A model generated the notes under the pieces. The model saw only the letters and a program-made list of their open reading frames with translations. It was not told the DNA's origin and ran no database searches. A stretch of DNA of 64,000 bases from assembly GCA_964016885.1 (NCBI GenBank), contig OZ024757.1:34286001-34350000 (forward strand). The letters are read 5' to 3'. Shown one piece after another: positions 37,254 to 49,500 of the stretch. Source of the stretch: Eledone cirrhosa. Its lineage: Eukaryota. The first letter of the stretch is position 1. Each line of letters begins with the position of its first letter. A program made the position numbers and the translations under genes.

Positions 37254-38307
37254 CTTTTTAAATAATTTGAAAATAATCAAGAATTTTGAGAGATTTAGAA
37301 ATTTTAACTGATTGTTTTTTTTTTTTTCCATTATTAAGCAGTATTGGTAGAGGGTCGGACGCCATGCTTTGCAGCATAGAGTTACGGCCCTTTGCGGTCT
37401 GAGTTTAAAGCCCGCCGAGGTTAACTTTGCCTTTCATCCTTACGGGGTCGATAAAATAAAGTATCAGTAATGCACTGGGAGAAGTCTGGCTAGAGTTGGC
37501 CATGCTGTACCTTCCTTCAATGAGGACTGTATATTTGGCTAGATACCCTTCTTAACACCAACCACATTTACATTGTAGGACTGGATGGCACCGTTATGAG
37601 GAGGGACAGGCCAGTTGGCTACGTCCAACCCATCTCACAATGTAACCATAGTTTTGGGGCCCGGTACTGGAGGGACAAGTACAGAACCACAGGTTGGAGC
37701 CTGGTACAGGATGGCACCGATACGAGGAGCCTAACCCATCTCGCAGCAATCTCTTTCCTGCAATCATTTCACCACATCCGTTTCTTTATTCGCATTTCAA
37801 ACACTCCCTCCATGCATTTAAACATTTTTTATCTTTCAAATGAAACTTAATTTAATGCTTATTAATACGTTTACATTTAATTATAAAGGCGCGGTAGATA
37901 GCAGAATAGGGATTTAACTATAGCGTAGTGTTTAGGGTGCTTGGCTTACGATCGAATGGTCGTGGTTTCGATTCCCGGACCGGGTGGAGTGTTGTGTCCT
38001 TGAACGAGGCACTTTATTTCATGTTGCTTCTGTTCATTCAGATGGCAAAAATGAGTTGTACCTGTAATTCGCGCTGAAACTCTTTGAAAACCGTGTTAAG
38101 GGTATACATGTCTGTGGAATGCTCAGCCACTTACACTGTAATACAAGATGGACTGTACCTGTAATTCAAAGGGGAAAACTTATCATACACTGTGTTACGC
38201 TGAATCTCCCTGAGAACTACGTTAACGGGCAATTAGCGTGTTTGTCGGTATCGTTGTCAATAGATCGTGTTAATTTCGTATGCTTTACAACATTTATCTG
38301 TGTGTAT

Positions 38308-38339
<32 letters not shown>

Positions 38340-38496
38340 ATATATATATATGTGTGTGTGTAATGTATAAGACGATCGTTTGTTGTGGGTGGTCGTGTTG
38401 TAAACAGCGAGTTTCACCAGTCTTCTTGGAAGTCGCACCAAACATAGTCAACAGATTCAACAGTATTAAAATAATAACTAACACTTTATGTACATG

Positions 38497-38641
38497 CAGA
38501 GCTGCCAACCTCTAAAAACCCAAAACAGAGAAATGGGGGAAAATGGGGGAGATTTTACATAGTGAAAGCTATACCTATTTTCACAAAAGAAGACACCTCT
38601 CACCCGGGAGATATCCCCGAAAGACGGAGAGAGTTGACAGG

Positions 38642-38644
<3 letters not shown>
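38497..38644. mobile_element. MITE with CAG.CCTGCCAAC / GTTGACAGGTCT termini (hAT-like); copies at ~41260-41435, 50851-51045, 59010-59146
   Basis: Four similar copies with short TIRs and a shared interior (AAAGCTATACC.ATTTTCACAAGAGAAGACA). Superfamily assignment is tentative. Confidence 0.7.
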
Positions 38645-38687
<43 letters not shown>

Positions 38688-38689
38688 GT

Positions 38690-38965
38690 GGAGGCACGTG
38701 ACCTAGTGGTAAGGGTGTTGGACTTACGATCATAATGTCGTGGGTTCGATTCCTGGGTTACGTGTTCTGTTCTTGAGCAAAACACTTCATTTCACGTTGC
38801 TCCAGTATACTCAGCTGAAAATGAGTACCAGCAATAGCTGGAGGTTTAACCCTGCGATGGACTGGCTTCCTGTCCAGGGGGAAGTCTTGTACTCTCAGTC
38901 GCTTCACGTCATGAAACCGGGATAAGCACCGGCCAAATGAGCCTTCTGTCTTAAGACAGACTTTA
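38690..38965 (+). mobile_element. tRNA-derived SINE family B; copies at ~34774-35055+, 35953-36213-, 37920-38070+, 56318-56810-
   Basis: A-box TGACCTAGTGG, B-box GGTTCGATTCC, core GTTCTTGAGCAAAACACTT, then AACCCTGCGATGGACTGG. Confidence 0.8.
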
Positions 38966-39786
38966 GATATATATATGGTGGCTGCCAACTCGTTTTCGAG
39001 TACGGCCACTACTTTATATCCATGTAGGAGAACCCCTACCGATGCGCTGAACGAGTGACTTTTTAGTCCAGCCAGCGACTTGAAAACCCTGGTACAAACA
39101 CTATACTTGTGACAATTATTGACACATAGTGCTGGGCCCATGGTACCATCTGACGACAAGTGCAGAGAGATCTCCAGATATAAAGCAATGCCTGTGCCGT
39201 GAAGCTTTTATAGTGAGCAAAGGCACTGCACAAAGCCAGTCCCACTCTCTTAACCAAGATGATATTTATCAAAAAGAAGAACAAGTCAACATCATTGGAT
39301 ACCATCAGGGTTGCAGGTGTTATATCAGAGTTTTCCTTCTCCTAGAATTCTGCCTTGACAAAGGCTAAGGGGTCATCTCTCCCGGTGATTTTGGATGGCC
39401 ATTGACTCTTAAGAGCTCCTTTGACAGGTTTTGTTTTTAGTCCTGCAGGATGTCCAAAGTCACCCTCCTCACCAAGAAACCTTGGTGGGGTTGCCAGTTT
39501 AGTCGCCAACGACCCAACCATGAGACAGGTTGTACTGGGATACATGTTACCAGTAGCATATATATATATAAATATATATATATACATACATACGACCTGA
39601 CGAAGGAACTCTAACCGTAATACCTTAATGTGTATATGCGCAATGAATCTGGTGAATCAGACGAGATATATTCGTTTTATTTCGCGATCTATTGTCAAGT
39701 ATTCCCTTTAAAATAATAAACTGAACACATAATTATCTATTAATTACATAGGTTATATTACAATCGAAAAAGAAAATATTTTATCA

Positions 39787-39960
39787 ACTTACCGTATTTA
39801 AATGTAAACATTGAACACAGAACTCGAGAGAAAGACGGTAATATCTAATTAATTAGACTCGGGTTTTATGTTGTGATGGTTGTTCTTCTTTATTTAATAT
39901 ATTTCGTCGATTATCCGACAGGGAGCGGAGAATAATTGTCGTCGGAAGAGATTTAAATTG
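39787..39960 (-). promoter_or_regulatory. Orphan ZNF-type non-coding first exon
   Basis: Minus strand CAATGTTTACATTTAAATACG|GTAAGT (donor at 39792) is homologous to the other first-exon ends. Confidence 0.5.
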
Positions 39961-42900
39961 ACCTCATCCACTTAAACTTTGACCTTATGAGGTCATCTCA
40001 CATATTTCACATTCCCATTACATTGGTATATACATTGTATACATATATTATAAACATCCACACACACACACACACATACATACATTATATATTTATATAT
40101 ATAATTATTATATATGGAATTTTACATTACAGTGCATCCACAATTCGATTATCTAACGTGTCTCTATTTAATGACAGAAGGGTGTGTTTTCTGCAAGATT
40201 TGACTGTTATTTTTAGCAAATCAAATACGTATTTATTTATTTTCATTATTTACAATATTACTGCAAAACTTTGAATAAGCATTTGACTTCTTGAAATTAA
40301 AAGGGATTTCTTTAATGGAAGTTCTTCATGTTAAATGTTGAAACGATTTTTACTGTCATGTAGTAAGTCATTGATTTCGCTTCTTTCCATATTAATATCG
40401 CCTCGTATAAAGCATTTTTCCCATTGTTTCTAATTTAACTTGGTATGACGTTTAAATTTTGCAAGAATATATCTATTTTAGTATTTAGTAATCTATAAAT
40501 GCATTCTATGACATTTTACTATGTTTCGAGTCTACGAGTTCTTTGTAAATATATTTACATGACGAAGCAAACAAGCTTATTTCGTTCTTGATCTGTCAAT
40601 TTATTAAGAATCATCACGAATTACTATTATATAATACGTATATAATAATCACATGTTATATGTATTTGTATTATTTTTATCAAGCCATTTTCAGTGTAAA
40701 TAATTATTTCTAATTTTGGCACAAGGCCAGCAATTTTTGGGGAAAGGAAAAAGTCGATTATATCGATCTTCCTTTTTTTACTGGTACTTTATTTTATCGA
40801 CCTCGGAAGAATGAAAGACAACAGAACATAAAGAGCCAAAATAAATACTACTAAGCATTTGTCCGACGCTCTAACGATTCTGCGAATTCACCGAATTTTT
40901 CAGTGTAAATAATTGTTTCTACCTTTGGCACAAGGCCAGCAATAACCCAGTACATTACTGGTACCTTATTTTATCGACCCCGTAAGGATGAAAGGCAAAG
41001 TTAACCTTGGCGGGATTTGAACTCAGACCATAAAGGGCTGTAATTCTTTACTGCAAAGCATGGCGTCCGAGCCTCTACCGATACTGCCAATTCACAATGA
41101 CAGTAAATTCATATTTAAAATCAAAAGATACGTAGTTATATGGTCAAAGCATTATTATAATGCTTCTGGTATTAAGATGAAAGAGTGGTATATTGTTATC
41201 ACGAAATATTCGTGCTTTTACTATATATATTGTTCTTCGGTGTATGGCTCCATCTATGCCATACCTGCCAACCTCTAAAAACCCAAACGGGGGCTTGTAC
41301 CATGAAAAAAAGTGTCCCAAAATGGGGAGATTTTACATATTGAAAGCTATACCCATTTTCACAAGAGAAGACATCTCTCACTCACCCCAAAGTGGGTGGG
41401 AGATCTTCCTGTTGGACAGGGAGAGTTGACAGGTCTTGTATACGTTGAAAATGGAATTATCGCCTGAGTCTGCTTCATCAAGTATATTTCCAGCAACTAA
41501 CAATGGTGGTTTGGGATGTGGGTAGGTGGAGCTGATATTTAACCCCCTCCTCCCGCATCTTGATGTTTTTGCTACCATAAATAATATGTAAGGGCCCCCA
41601 ATTAAACATACAACCAGGGACCCCCCCATGAAAGCTTAACCTACCTCTGGATACATCCAGTATATATGGATGACCCTCCCACAACAATTTCAAAAATACT
41701 GTTCATCATGGCTGTGTCTTGCCATGCTATTATCAGTGCTGGATTTACCATTGTGCTTAAGTGGGGCATCTTCTTGTTCCCAGAAATATTTATGATGAAA
41801 TTTTCAAATGTTTGGGGCCTCCTCATAACTTAACTAGCACAGGGCCTCATTTGTCCTAAATCCAGCACTGGCTGTTATCTAGACTTGAGTCAAATGTTTT
41901 GTAATTTCTATCAGAATTAAAACAAAGAATAATACACAGACCACTACTACTACAATGGTATATATTCCTGGATAATGTGGGACAATTCTCTACAATATAC
42001 AGAACCCCAGGCACATGTCACTTCATGGTCCTAGCAAACAGATTGGAGAAAGCGTTACTCTCAGAGGATAGCGAGGTAGATGTATTGAAATAGCCACTCC
42101 AACTCACAAGACTATAGTTTAATTACAGCTACTGAAATATATGTGATATCATAGTTTATAACATTGATAGTCAGACTTATATGAATGTATCATATATGCT
42201 TTCATATATACACTTCTATTAATATATATTGTTATACAGCCTGAAAGTGGCAAATACAAGCGGCTGAAATGGGGTTCCAACGAAGGGTCTTTGGAGTAAT
42301 GTAATAGAGTGCGTAGCTCAGAGATCAGTGAGTCATTCCAGGTAGAGCCGCTACTTCTCAAAAATTGAGAGATCACAGCTCGCATACTATGGCCATGTGG
42401 TTAGAATGTCTCAGGAAAGAATCACTGGACAGATTTTATGAGCAAAACCAACCAGCAGGAGACCCAAGGGTAGACCCTGAGCAAGATGGTTGGATATCAT
42501 GAGCTCGGCTGATTTCGCTTGGGGATCCAGCCGGATCAGTTGGAGACAGTTGTTTCTGACAGGATGCACTGGAAGGAGTGTTTGAGGACTCTGCCCCCAC
42601 GACCTTCTCAGGAATAAGTGGCCAAAGAAGAAGCCTAAAAGTGTAACTGTAGTCTGTAACTATGTAGACTTCTCACAAGGTTGTAGGATGTAATTTTGGT
42701 AAATTAAAAAGTAAAAGTTCAATTTTTCATGTAAAAGTATCTAAAGTTTATCAATATAGACATGTAGGAAACTTTCTACTGTTAAATCTATACTTTCCAA
42801 TATCCTCTATATCTTATACTGGTTCTCTATTATTTCAGAATATCAGATGACATTGGCAACACATCTCTACTTCATTGCCTGGAACATGTATGAGATAATT

Positions 42901-43066
42901 CAAGACTCTAATTAAACTTGGATAAATTTATAAAAGAATTTGCAGCATCTTTAGACATCAACAGAGATCACAGTTCATGGGAATTTAACAGTGGAAATAT
43001 TTTTCAAGAATAAAATATAAAAACAAAAAGAAATTTTTTTTCCATTTACAAGAAATATTACGAAAA

Positions 43067-44074
43067 ATGAATTATGTGAGTACAAGATTAAATGTATTAC
43101 CGAGTAAAAGGATTGAATTTCATGATGAAATGCCGAAAGAGTTAGGAGAAATGGAATACAACTGTGGTGTATGTAAAAGATCATTCTCTCGAAAAGGTAA
43201 CCTCACTACTCACAAACGTATTCATACAGGAGAAAAACCATATCACTGTAATGTCTGTGGTAAATCATTCTCTCAAAGTGTTAGTTTAACTCGACACATA
43301 TATGTTCATACAGGAGAGAAGCCATACCACTGTGATATCTGTGATAACTCATTCTCTCAAAAAAGTCACTTAAATACTCACAAACGTATTCATACAGGAG
43401 AAAAACCTTTTCACTGTAATCTCTGTGGTAAATCTTTCTCTCAAAATGATAGCTTAACTATACACAAACGCAGTCATACCGGAGAAAAGCCATATCTCTG
43501 TGATATCTGTGGGAAATCATTCTCTGAAGGAAGTCATTTAACTACACACAAACGCATTCATACAGGAGAAAAACCATATCACTGTGATATCTGTGATAAA
43601 TCTTTCTCTCAAAGCCATGATTTAACTATACACAGACGTACTCACACAGGAGAGAAGCCATATCACTGTGATATTTGTGATAAATCATTCTGTATAGCAG
43701 TGCAATTGACTGCACACAAATACATCCATACAGGGGAAGGACCATATCACTGTGATGTCTGTGATAAATCTTTCTCTCGTAGTGGTGACTTAACTAAACA
43801 CAAACGCATTCATACTGGAGAAAAGCCATATCACTGTGATATATGTGGTAAGTCGTTCTCTGAAGGGAGTAACTTATCTAAACACAAATACATTCATACA
43901 GGAGTAAAGCCATACCGCTGTGATATTTGTGGTAAATCATTCTCTCGTAATGGTACATTAACTAAACACAAACACATTCACATAGGAGAGACTCCATATC
44001 AATGTGATATCTGTGGTAAGTCATTCTCTCAAAAAAGTAACTTAGCTATACATGTTTGTATTCATACAAGATAG
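43067..44074 (+). CDS. C2H2 zinc-finger protein ZNF5 (335 aa; 11 fingers)
   Basis: Intact finger array; acceptor at 42838. The start codon is not homologous to those of the paralogs (see findings). Confidence 0.9.
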   Translation: MNYVSTRLNVLPSKRIEFHDEMPKELGEMEYNCGVCKRSFSRKGNLTTHKRIHTGEKPYHCNVCGKSFSQSVSLTRHIYVHTGEKPYHCDICDNSFSQKSHLNTHKRIHTGEKPFHCNLCGKSFSQNDSLTIHKRSHTGEKPYLCDICGKSFSEGSHLTTHKRIHTGEKPYHCDICDKSFSQSHDLTIHRRTHTGEKPYHCDICDKSFCIAVQLTAHKYIHTGEGPYHCDVCDKSFSRSGDLTKHKRIHTGEKPYHCDICGKSFSEGSNLSKHKYIHTGVKPYRCDICGKSFSRNGTLTKHKHIHIGETPYQCDICGKSFSQKSNLAIHVCIHTR

Positions 44075-47000
44075 TTGCCACATCAGTGTCAAAAGTAATT
44101 CTATAAAAGGGATATCTTATATAACAATAAATATCTTCACAGGAAAAAAGATATAACACTGATAAGTCACCAAATACTGTTTTGTTGAATTGGGATTATA
44201 TGTATATTGGTGAGAAAGATTACAATTGTGATATTTTAAATAAAATCTCTCCCAGTATTTCTCTGTATTCCATCTAATATGTCCAGTAGAAAAACAAAAT
44301 GATGCTGTTGATTTATTTGACAGTGTGATGTTGTATTGTGAGATATAGGTGTAAGGCAACTGTAGTGGGATTAAAGGTGGGGTGCTGCATGATAGTGAGA
44401 CATGGATGTATGACAGGTGTATTGGGAATGAGGAGGATGAGAAGGTTGGGGTTCAAGAGGAGGGGTGACAAAATATGTTGGGAGTATGACAAGAGCATTG
44501 TGGGATTCAAAGGGGGGAACAATTTTTTCAGTTGGGTTGGTGTCAAAAGGGTTAAATTACATGTTGTTCCTTGTTCTTTTCATAATCATTAATGCATGAA
44601 AGGTGTGGTGGGATTCAATCATGAGGGTGTGATGATGATGTGGAGAGAGGTGTGGTTTTGAAAGTTTGGGTTCAAAGACTGACATGGAGAAAGGCAGGAT
44701 GAAAATGTATATCATGCATCTATGAGAGGTGTGGTGAGATTAAAAGGGTGAGGGTAAATGATGTGGGGAGTGGAGGGGTGAAAAGGTATGACAAGTGTGG
44801 TGGAATTTGATGGATGGGAGAGGGAGAGAAAAGTGATCTTGGATAGTGTGGGCGATACATATTTATAGACTTGTAAAAAGATTGCTGTAGATTTATTTGA
44901 CATTGAGGGTAAGTAGCTGAGAAATATATACTCCCCAAATGACATCTTGATTTTTCCTAGCACACTACCTTGTAATCTTCACTGTGTAAAATATGTACAA
45001 ACTCTTTGCTTTATACATCTCCTCTGGCTAAGTGTACCTGGTGTCTAGCTTCTCTTAGTTTTGTTATAGCTTGCTGTCCCCCCCCCCCCATTCTTCTATA
45101 CCTGTTTTTAGCTTTAATTGCATTAGCTACCCTACTATTCCACTAAAGTGTCTTCCTTGTTCAAGCCACTGTTCTTGTCTGTAATCTTCAGTACGTTGTC
45201 TCACATGAACTCCTACTTTTGTTCTACATTGTAGGTTACATATGCACCTAGTACATGCTGTAAAGTGGTTGATGATAGGAAGGGCATTTAGCTGTAGAAA
45301 GCTTGCCAAACAAAGGGTTGGGAGAACCCTTCTGTTGTGTCAAAGACATAACAACGTCTTCTATGCACTCAGTAGAACATGGGACCAAAATGTAAGCTAA
45401 ATGCAGATCCCTGGCCTGTGTTTAGCTTTTCTTGGTTTTTGTTATAGCTTACTGTTTCTCCCACCATTCTTGGATACCTGTTTTTAGCTTTAATTGCCTT
45501 AGCTATCCTACTATTCCACTAAGGTGTTACATTCTGTCTTCCTTACTGTAATAAGTCTAAAGCAAATTTTCTCTAAATTTGTCTTCATCTGAGGGCTCTT
45601 TCAGCTTCCATGTTCTTCTCCTCCAAATTGCCTTCTGCCTCCAATTCTGTTTGGTTCTAACTCTCAAGTCGCTAACCACTAGGTTATGTTGGGAGGTACA
45701 TTCTTCACCAGAGACCATAATTGTATTTACAACCATCTGGTGAGGATTAAATCTATTTGATTATGTGATTACCTGATTGATAGGTGATCAGATGACTGGA
45801 TGGTTTTCTGAAGTTAGTGTTGCAGATAGTCAAGTCGTTTCCTTCACAAAACTCCAAGAGCCCTGATTCCTCATTGTTTCTTATACCAAACCCATATCCT
45901 CCATAGACACCAAAAAATGCATCACTAAGTTGCCCAATATGCTACCTCTTCTTTGCCCACTTATTCTTGGGAGGGTCGTGGGGGGCAGATTCCTCAAACA
46001 CTCCTGGCAGCTCCTCTCAGAAGCACCCATTTCCAGTTGATCCTGCTTGATCCCCAAGCAAGACCAAACAAGCTCATAGATATTATCTAAACATCTTGAG
46101 TCTCTTACCAGTTGGTTTTGTCTGTAAAATCTGTCCAGCAATTCTTTCCTGAGACATTCTAACCACATGTTCATAGTATCGGAGCTGTGATCCCTCAATT
46201 CAGAAAAGTAGTGACTCTTTGATCTCTGATCTATGCACTCTATCGAGTAATGTTGCTCCAAAGATCCTTTGGAGGACTCCATTTCAACAACTTGTATTCT
46301 TTTGGTCATTACCCAAGATTCATGACCATAGGTAAGGGTTGGCATGAATACCGAATTGAAGATAGCAAGTTTAGCTTTTACACCAACCTCCCTTCTTCTC
46401 AAACCTCCAAGAGACCTGATTCCTCATTGTTTCTTGAACCAAACCCATATCCTCCAGTGATCACTGTTACCCACTCTGAAAAAAAATTGTAGCATTTTTT
46501 TGTCCATGATGAATCTGGCTGGGTCTCCTCTTCATCTTGTCACTTGTACACAACATACATCCAGCTCCAGTATCTCTACAATTTCACATGGTCTATCTTT
46601 CATTGTGCCAACATTGGTGATGAAAACCTTGGTATTTGTAACACATGGGAAGAGGAAGAATTTTGGTGAGTAGGTAGGTGGTTAGGCATTTGATTTTTAT
46701 GCATCTGAAATAAAGTTTGCAGCACCTTCTGGTCTTTGAGTCAGCAGTTAGGATGCTTAAGGGAGTTTGGGAGTGAAAAAATACAACTCAAATGATAAAA
46801 GACAGTAACACATAATAGAAACAGTATGCTCTACTTCAATTAATTAAGAATAGTGAGGCATTTACTAAAATCATTAGTTATCTCATCCCTCCTGTAAAGT
46901 GGTAGGGGTGGTGCCTTGAAAAAAGCTCCAAGTGCATGCTGTAATGTGGTTGCAATTAGAAAGGGTATCCAGCCAAAGAATCCAAGCCAGAAACAGATCC

Positions 47001-47595
47001 ACATGAGCAGGACATGGTCACCTAACCTAACCTTTCTAGCCCTCACAAAATGTTTATGATGAATATTTCAAATGATGTGGCCTCATGTGTCCTAAATCCT
47101 GCACTGGCTGTCATCTAGACTTGAGTCAACATAACATGACAACCAGTCTAACACTCATGCAAGCATGAATAATAGATGTTAAACAATGATGATGATGATA
47201 AACACTTTAAAATAAACAATTCTATATCATAGAAACCAGGATGGGTTTATGCAGTTTGGTATCGAAAGGATTAACCCTTTAGCATTTACATTACTCTATA
47301 TATACTATTATATTTTCACGGTAAAGGCTTTATCTCACGTAATATCGAATCTATGATATTTCGATATTATTTATTTTGAGAACAATACCTTAACATCAGT
47401 ATGAATGGCCAGTTACAGCCAGTTTGAACAGAAAGAGGCAAGAGAATTCTGGCCGGATACGGTTTAAATGCTAAAGGATTAGAACAAAAAAGACGTATAA
47501 TAAATTAAACTAAAAGATACCTGATTTTTCATCAAATGTGAAAATCTATTTTTTATTTATTTTTTATTAAAAACAAGTATCGGACAAAATGTCTG

Positions 47596-47955
47596 TGTTT
47601 GGAACGTGGTGAGCAAATTGAAATAAAATTAGAAGCTTCGCCGTAATATTGACTAAATAATGATTTCTACTATAGGCACAAGAGCAGGAATTTTGAGGGA
47701 GGGGAAGTGGATTAAATCAACCCCAGTACATTACTGGTGCTTTAATTTATCAGCCCCGTAAGGATGAAAGGCAAAGCTAACCTTGGTGGCAAAGCATGGT
47801 GTCTGACGCCCTCAATATAGTCTAATAATGTGGTGTATAAACCCACTGAATGAAAAAGATGGTTACCTTCTTCCATTCAGTGGGTTATGTCCTATTATTA
47901 GACTATATCATTTAGTCAATGTTACAGCGAAGTTTCTATTTCTATTTCAATTCTG
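47596..47955. mobile_element. Foldback/MITE-like element interrupted by a SINE; second copy at ~56234-56980 with nested insertions
   Basis: Arms TGAAATA.AA.TAGAAGCT..GC.GTAATATT..ATATAGTCTAATAAT / ATTATTAGACTATAT..TTACAGCGAAGTTTCTATTTCTATTTCA. Inner hairpin AACCCACTGAATG/CATTCAGTGGGTT. Confidence 0.7.
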
Positions 47956-47967
47956 AACAAAAAGTTG

Positions 47968-48906
47968 TTACATGGGATAGTAATGTCGAATACAAGAAAT
48001 GAAGGCCATAAAGACATTATCTTTGTGATCACGACGCCAGCTAAACTCTTGAAGATATGTGGAGAAGAGATTGTCAGAAGTTCTATGCATAGCTCGATAT
48101 TTATCTTTTATATTACTCCATGTACTTTCTATAGTGTTGGCCTGCAATGTTTTATCATTGGGTTCAACAAAATGAAGTCTGTGGTTATCAGAATAACGGT
48201 CTGCAAGTTTTTGATAGGCATCAGAACCTTCAGTTACAATACAGGTCCCTGGTAACAAATGATCAAGTATGATTGGCAATAAAGTCGCAGCATTTCGATC
48301 AGGTACAGGCACAAGAACAGATTTAAGGCTGTGGCGTTCCACCATCCCAACAATCCAGTGGCCTTGTTGGTAACAACTGCGATGGTACTCGCGGTGCATA
48401 AATTGGGATTCATCGATCTCCACAACAACCCCATCTCCTCCAATTTTCACTGGATTGTCAACACACCACATGGCACATATATCTCGGAAATAGTTGTACC
48501 ACTTAACTATTGCTTCTGTACCAAGACCTACCTTCTCCATCACAAATGTTTGTTTGCAGTCAATTTCTGTCCACCAATAAATGAGCTCAACAAGGCGGGG
48601 TAGTCGGATACGAGACCCAGAGAAGAAAGAATTTTGTCTAATACTGCGATAACATTTGCATATAGTACAGTGCCAAGCTTTTCCATCTGCACATTTCTCA
48701 CGATTCACAAAACTCATTGGTTGATTACAACAGATCACTGAATTGTGAATTAATCCAACAGAGGCAAGAAACACAATTGTACATTCAATATCACAAGTTA
48801 TCTGCTGAATATCTTGTAGAACGAAACTCTTTTTAGTCAGATCTTCAATATTTATTACCTCCTCTGTGATTGTATCAGGTGCTTTGGGTCTTCCACGTTC
48901 AGCCAT
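47968..48906 (-). CDS. Merlin / IS1595 (ISXO2-like) transposase-derived protein, 312 aa
   Basis: N-terminal Cys-rich ribbon (CC..M...WHCTIC..SIRQNSFF), then IGGDGVVVEIDES, WIVGMVER, VPDRNAATLLPII, LPGTCIVTEG, NH..HFV.P, TIESTW and YLQEFSWR. No stops or frameshifts. Confidence 0.9.
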   Translation of the reverse strand: MAERGRPKAPDTITEEVINIEDLTKKSFVLQDIQQITCDIECTIVFLASVGLIHNSVICCNQPMSFVNREKCADGKAWHCTICKCYRSIRQNSFFSGSRIRLPRLVELIYWWTEIDCKQTFVMEKVGLGTEAIVKWYNYFRDICAMWCVDNPVKIGGDGVVVEIDESQFMHREYHRSCYQQGHWIVGMVERHSLKSVLVPVPDRNAATLLPIILDHLLPGTCIVTEGSDAYQKLADRYSDNHRLHFVEPNDKTLQANTIESTWSNIKDKYRAMHRTSDNLFSTYLQEFSWRRDHKDNVFMAFISCIRHYYPM

Positions 48907-49254
48907 TTCTTCAATATATAAACAATTCACAAGAAATCTTTCAGCTTTATTCCATTCACTTGATTGTCAGCCATTATATATACCTATCACAAAGAAAACA
49001 CGAACTAGAATAATTATCAAGTTTACATAGTAGAAATAATGGCATTTATTATCTTTTATTTAATAAGCATAAGACTATGCAGATATATTTTCTTTTCTGA
49101 CCTGTCACTCCAAGCGCAACCATAGGGGCATTTAAAACCTGGTGGAGCCCATCCCTTCCCCAAGTTTGAACCTAGTCGATATCTTCCTGAGATAGCAAGG
49201 AAGTTAACTGAGGGTCTCCACCCCAAACAAGCATCATCAAGATACTAGACATTC

Positions 49255-49500
49255 AAGTCCAGCTTCGCCTTACACCATGAATTATTGGCAAACTGTTTTC
49301 CAGACTGCGGCGTTCGAGACGTTTGGAGGAGTTGGGCTTTTGACAAGGGAGTTCTTGTCATTGGCGGTGGCTCGCCTTACAGAGGTATCAGGTGATGTTC
49401 TTGACGAAGGTGTTTGGTTATTTAGCGTCTTAATCACGCTGTCACCCACGACAATACAACTAGTGTGTTGGATTGCCTCAAATATTATTACAAGAAGGAT
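49255..49500 (+). mobile_element. CRE-like (restriction-like endonuclease) non-LTR retrotransposon C-terminal remnant
   Basis: FQTAAFETFGGVGLLTREFLSLAVARLTEVSGD resembles the F.P.A.ET.G..G...FL......GD tail of CRE ORFs. Confidence 0.6.

Noticed and set aside
38690-38760. tRNA gene
   Set aside because: A and B boxes are present, but the sequence runs into a SINE core and is multi-copy, with no proper acceptor stem.
39470-39560. HDV-like ribozyme in a LINE 5' UTR-like segment (minus strand)
   Set aside because: CCAGT/ACTGG pairing and GTCG..CGACTAA are suggestive, but P1, P3 and L3 could not be assembled. A covariance-model search is needed.
39590-39630. CTGACGAAGG...CCGTAA hammerhead-like remnant
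   Set aside because: GAAA reads GTAA and I could not build stem I or stem III.
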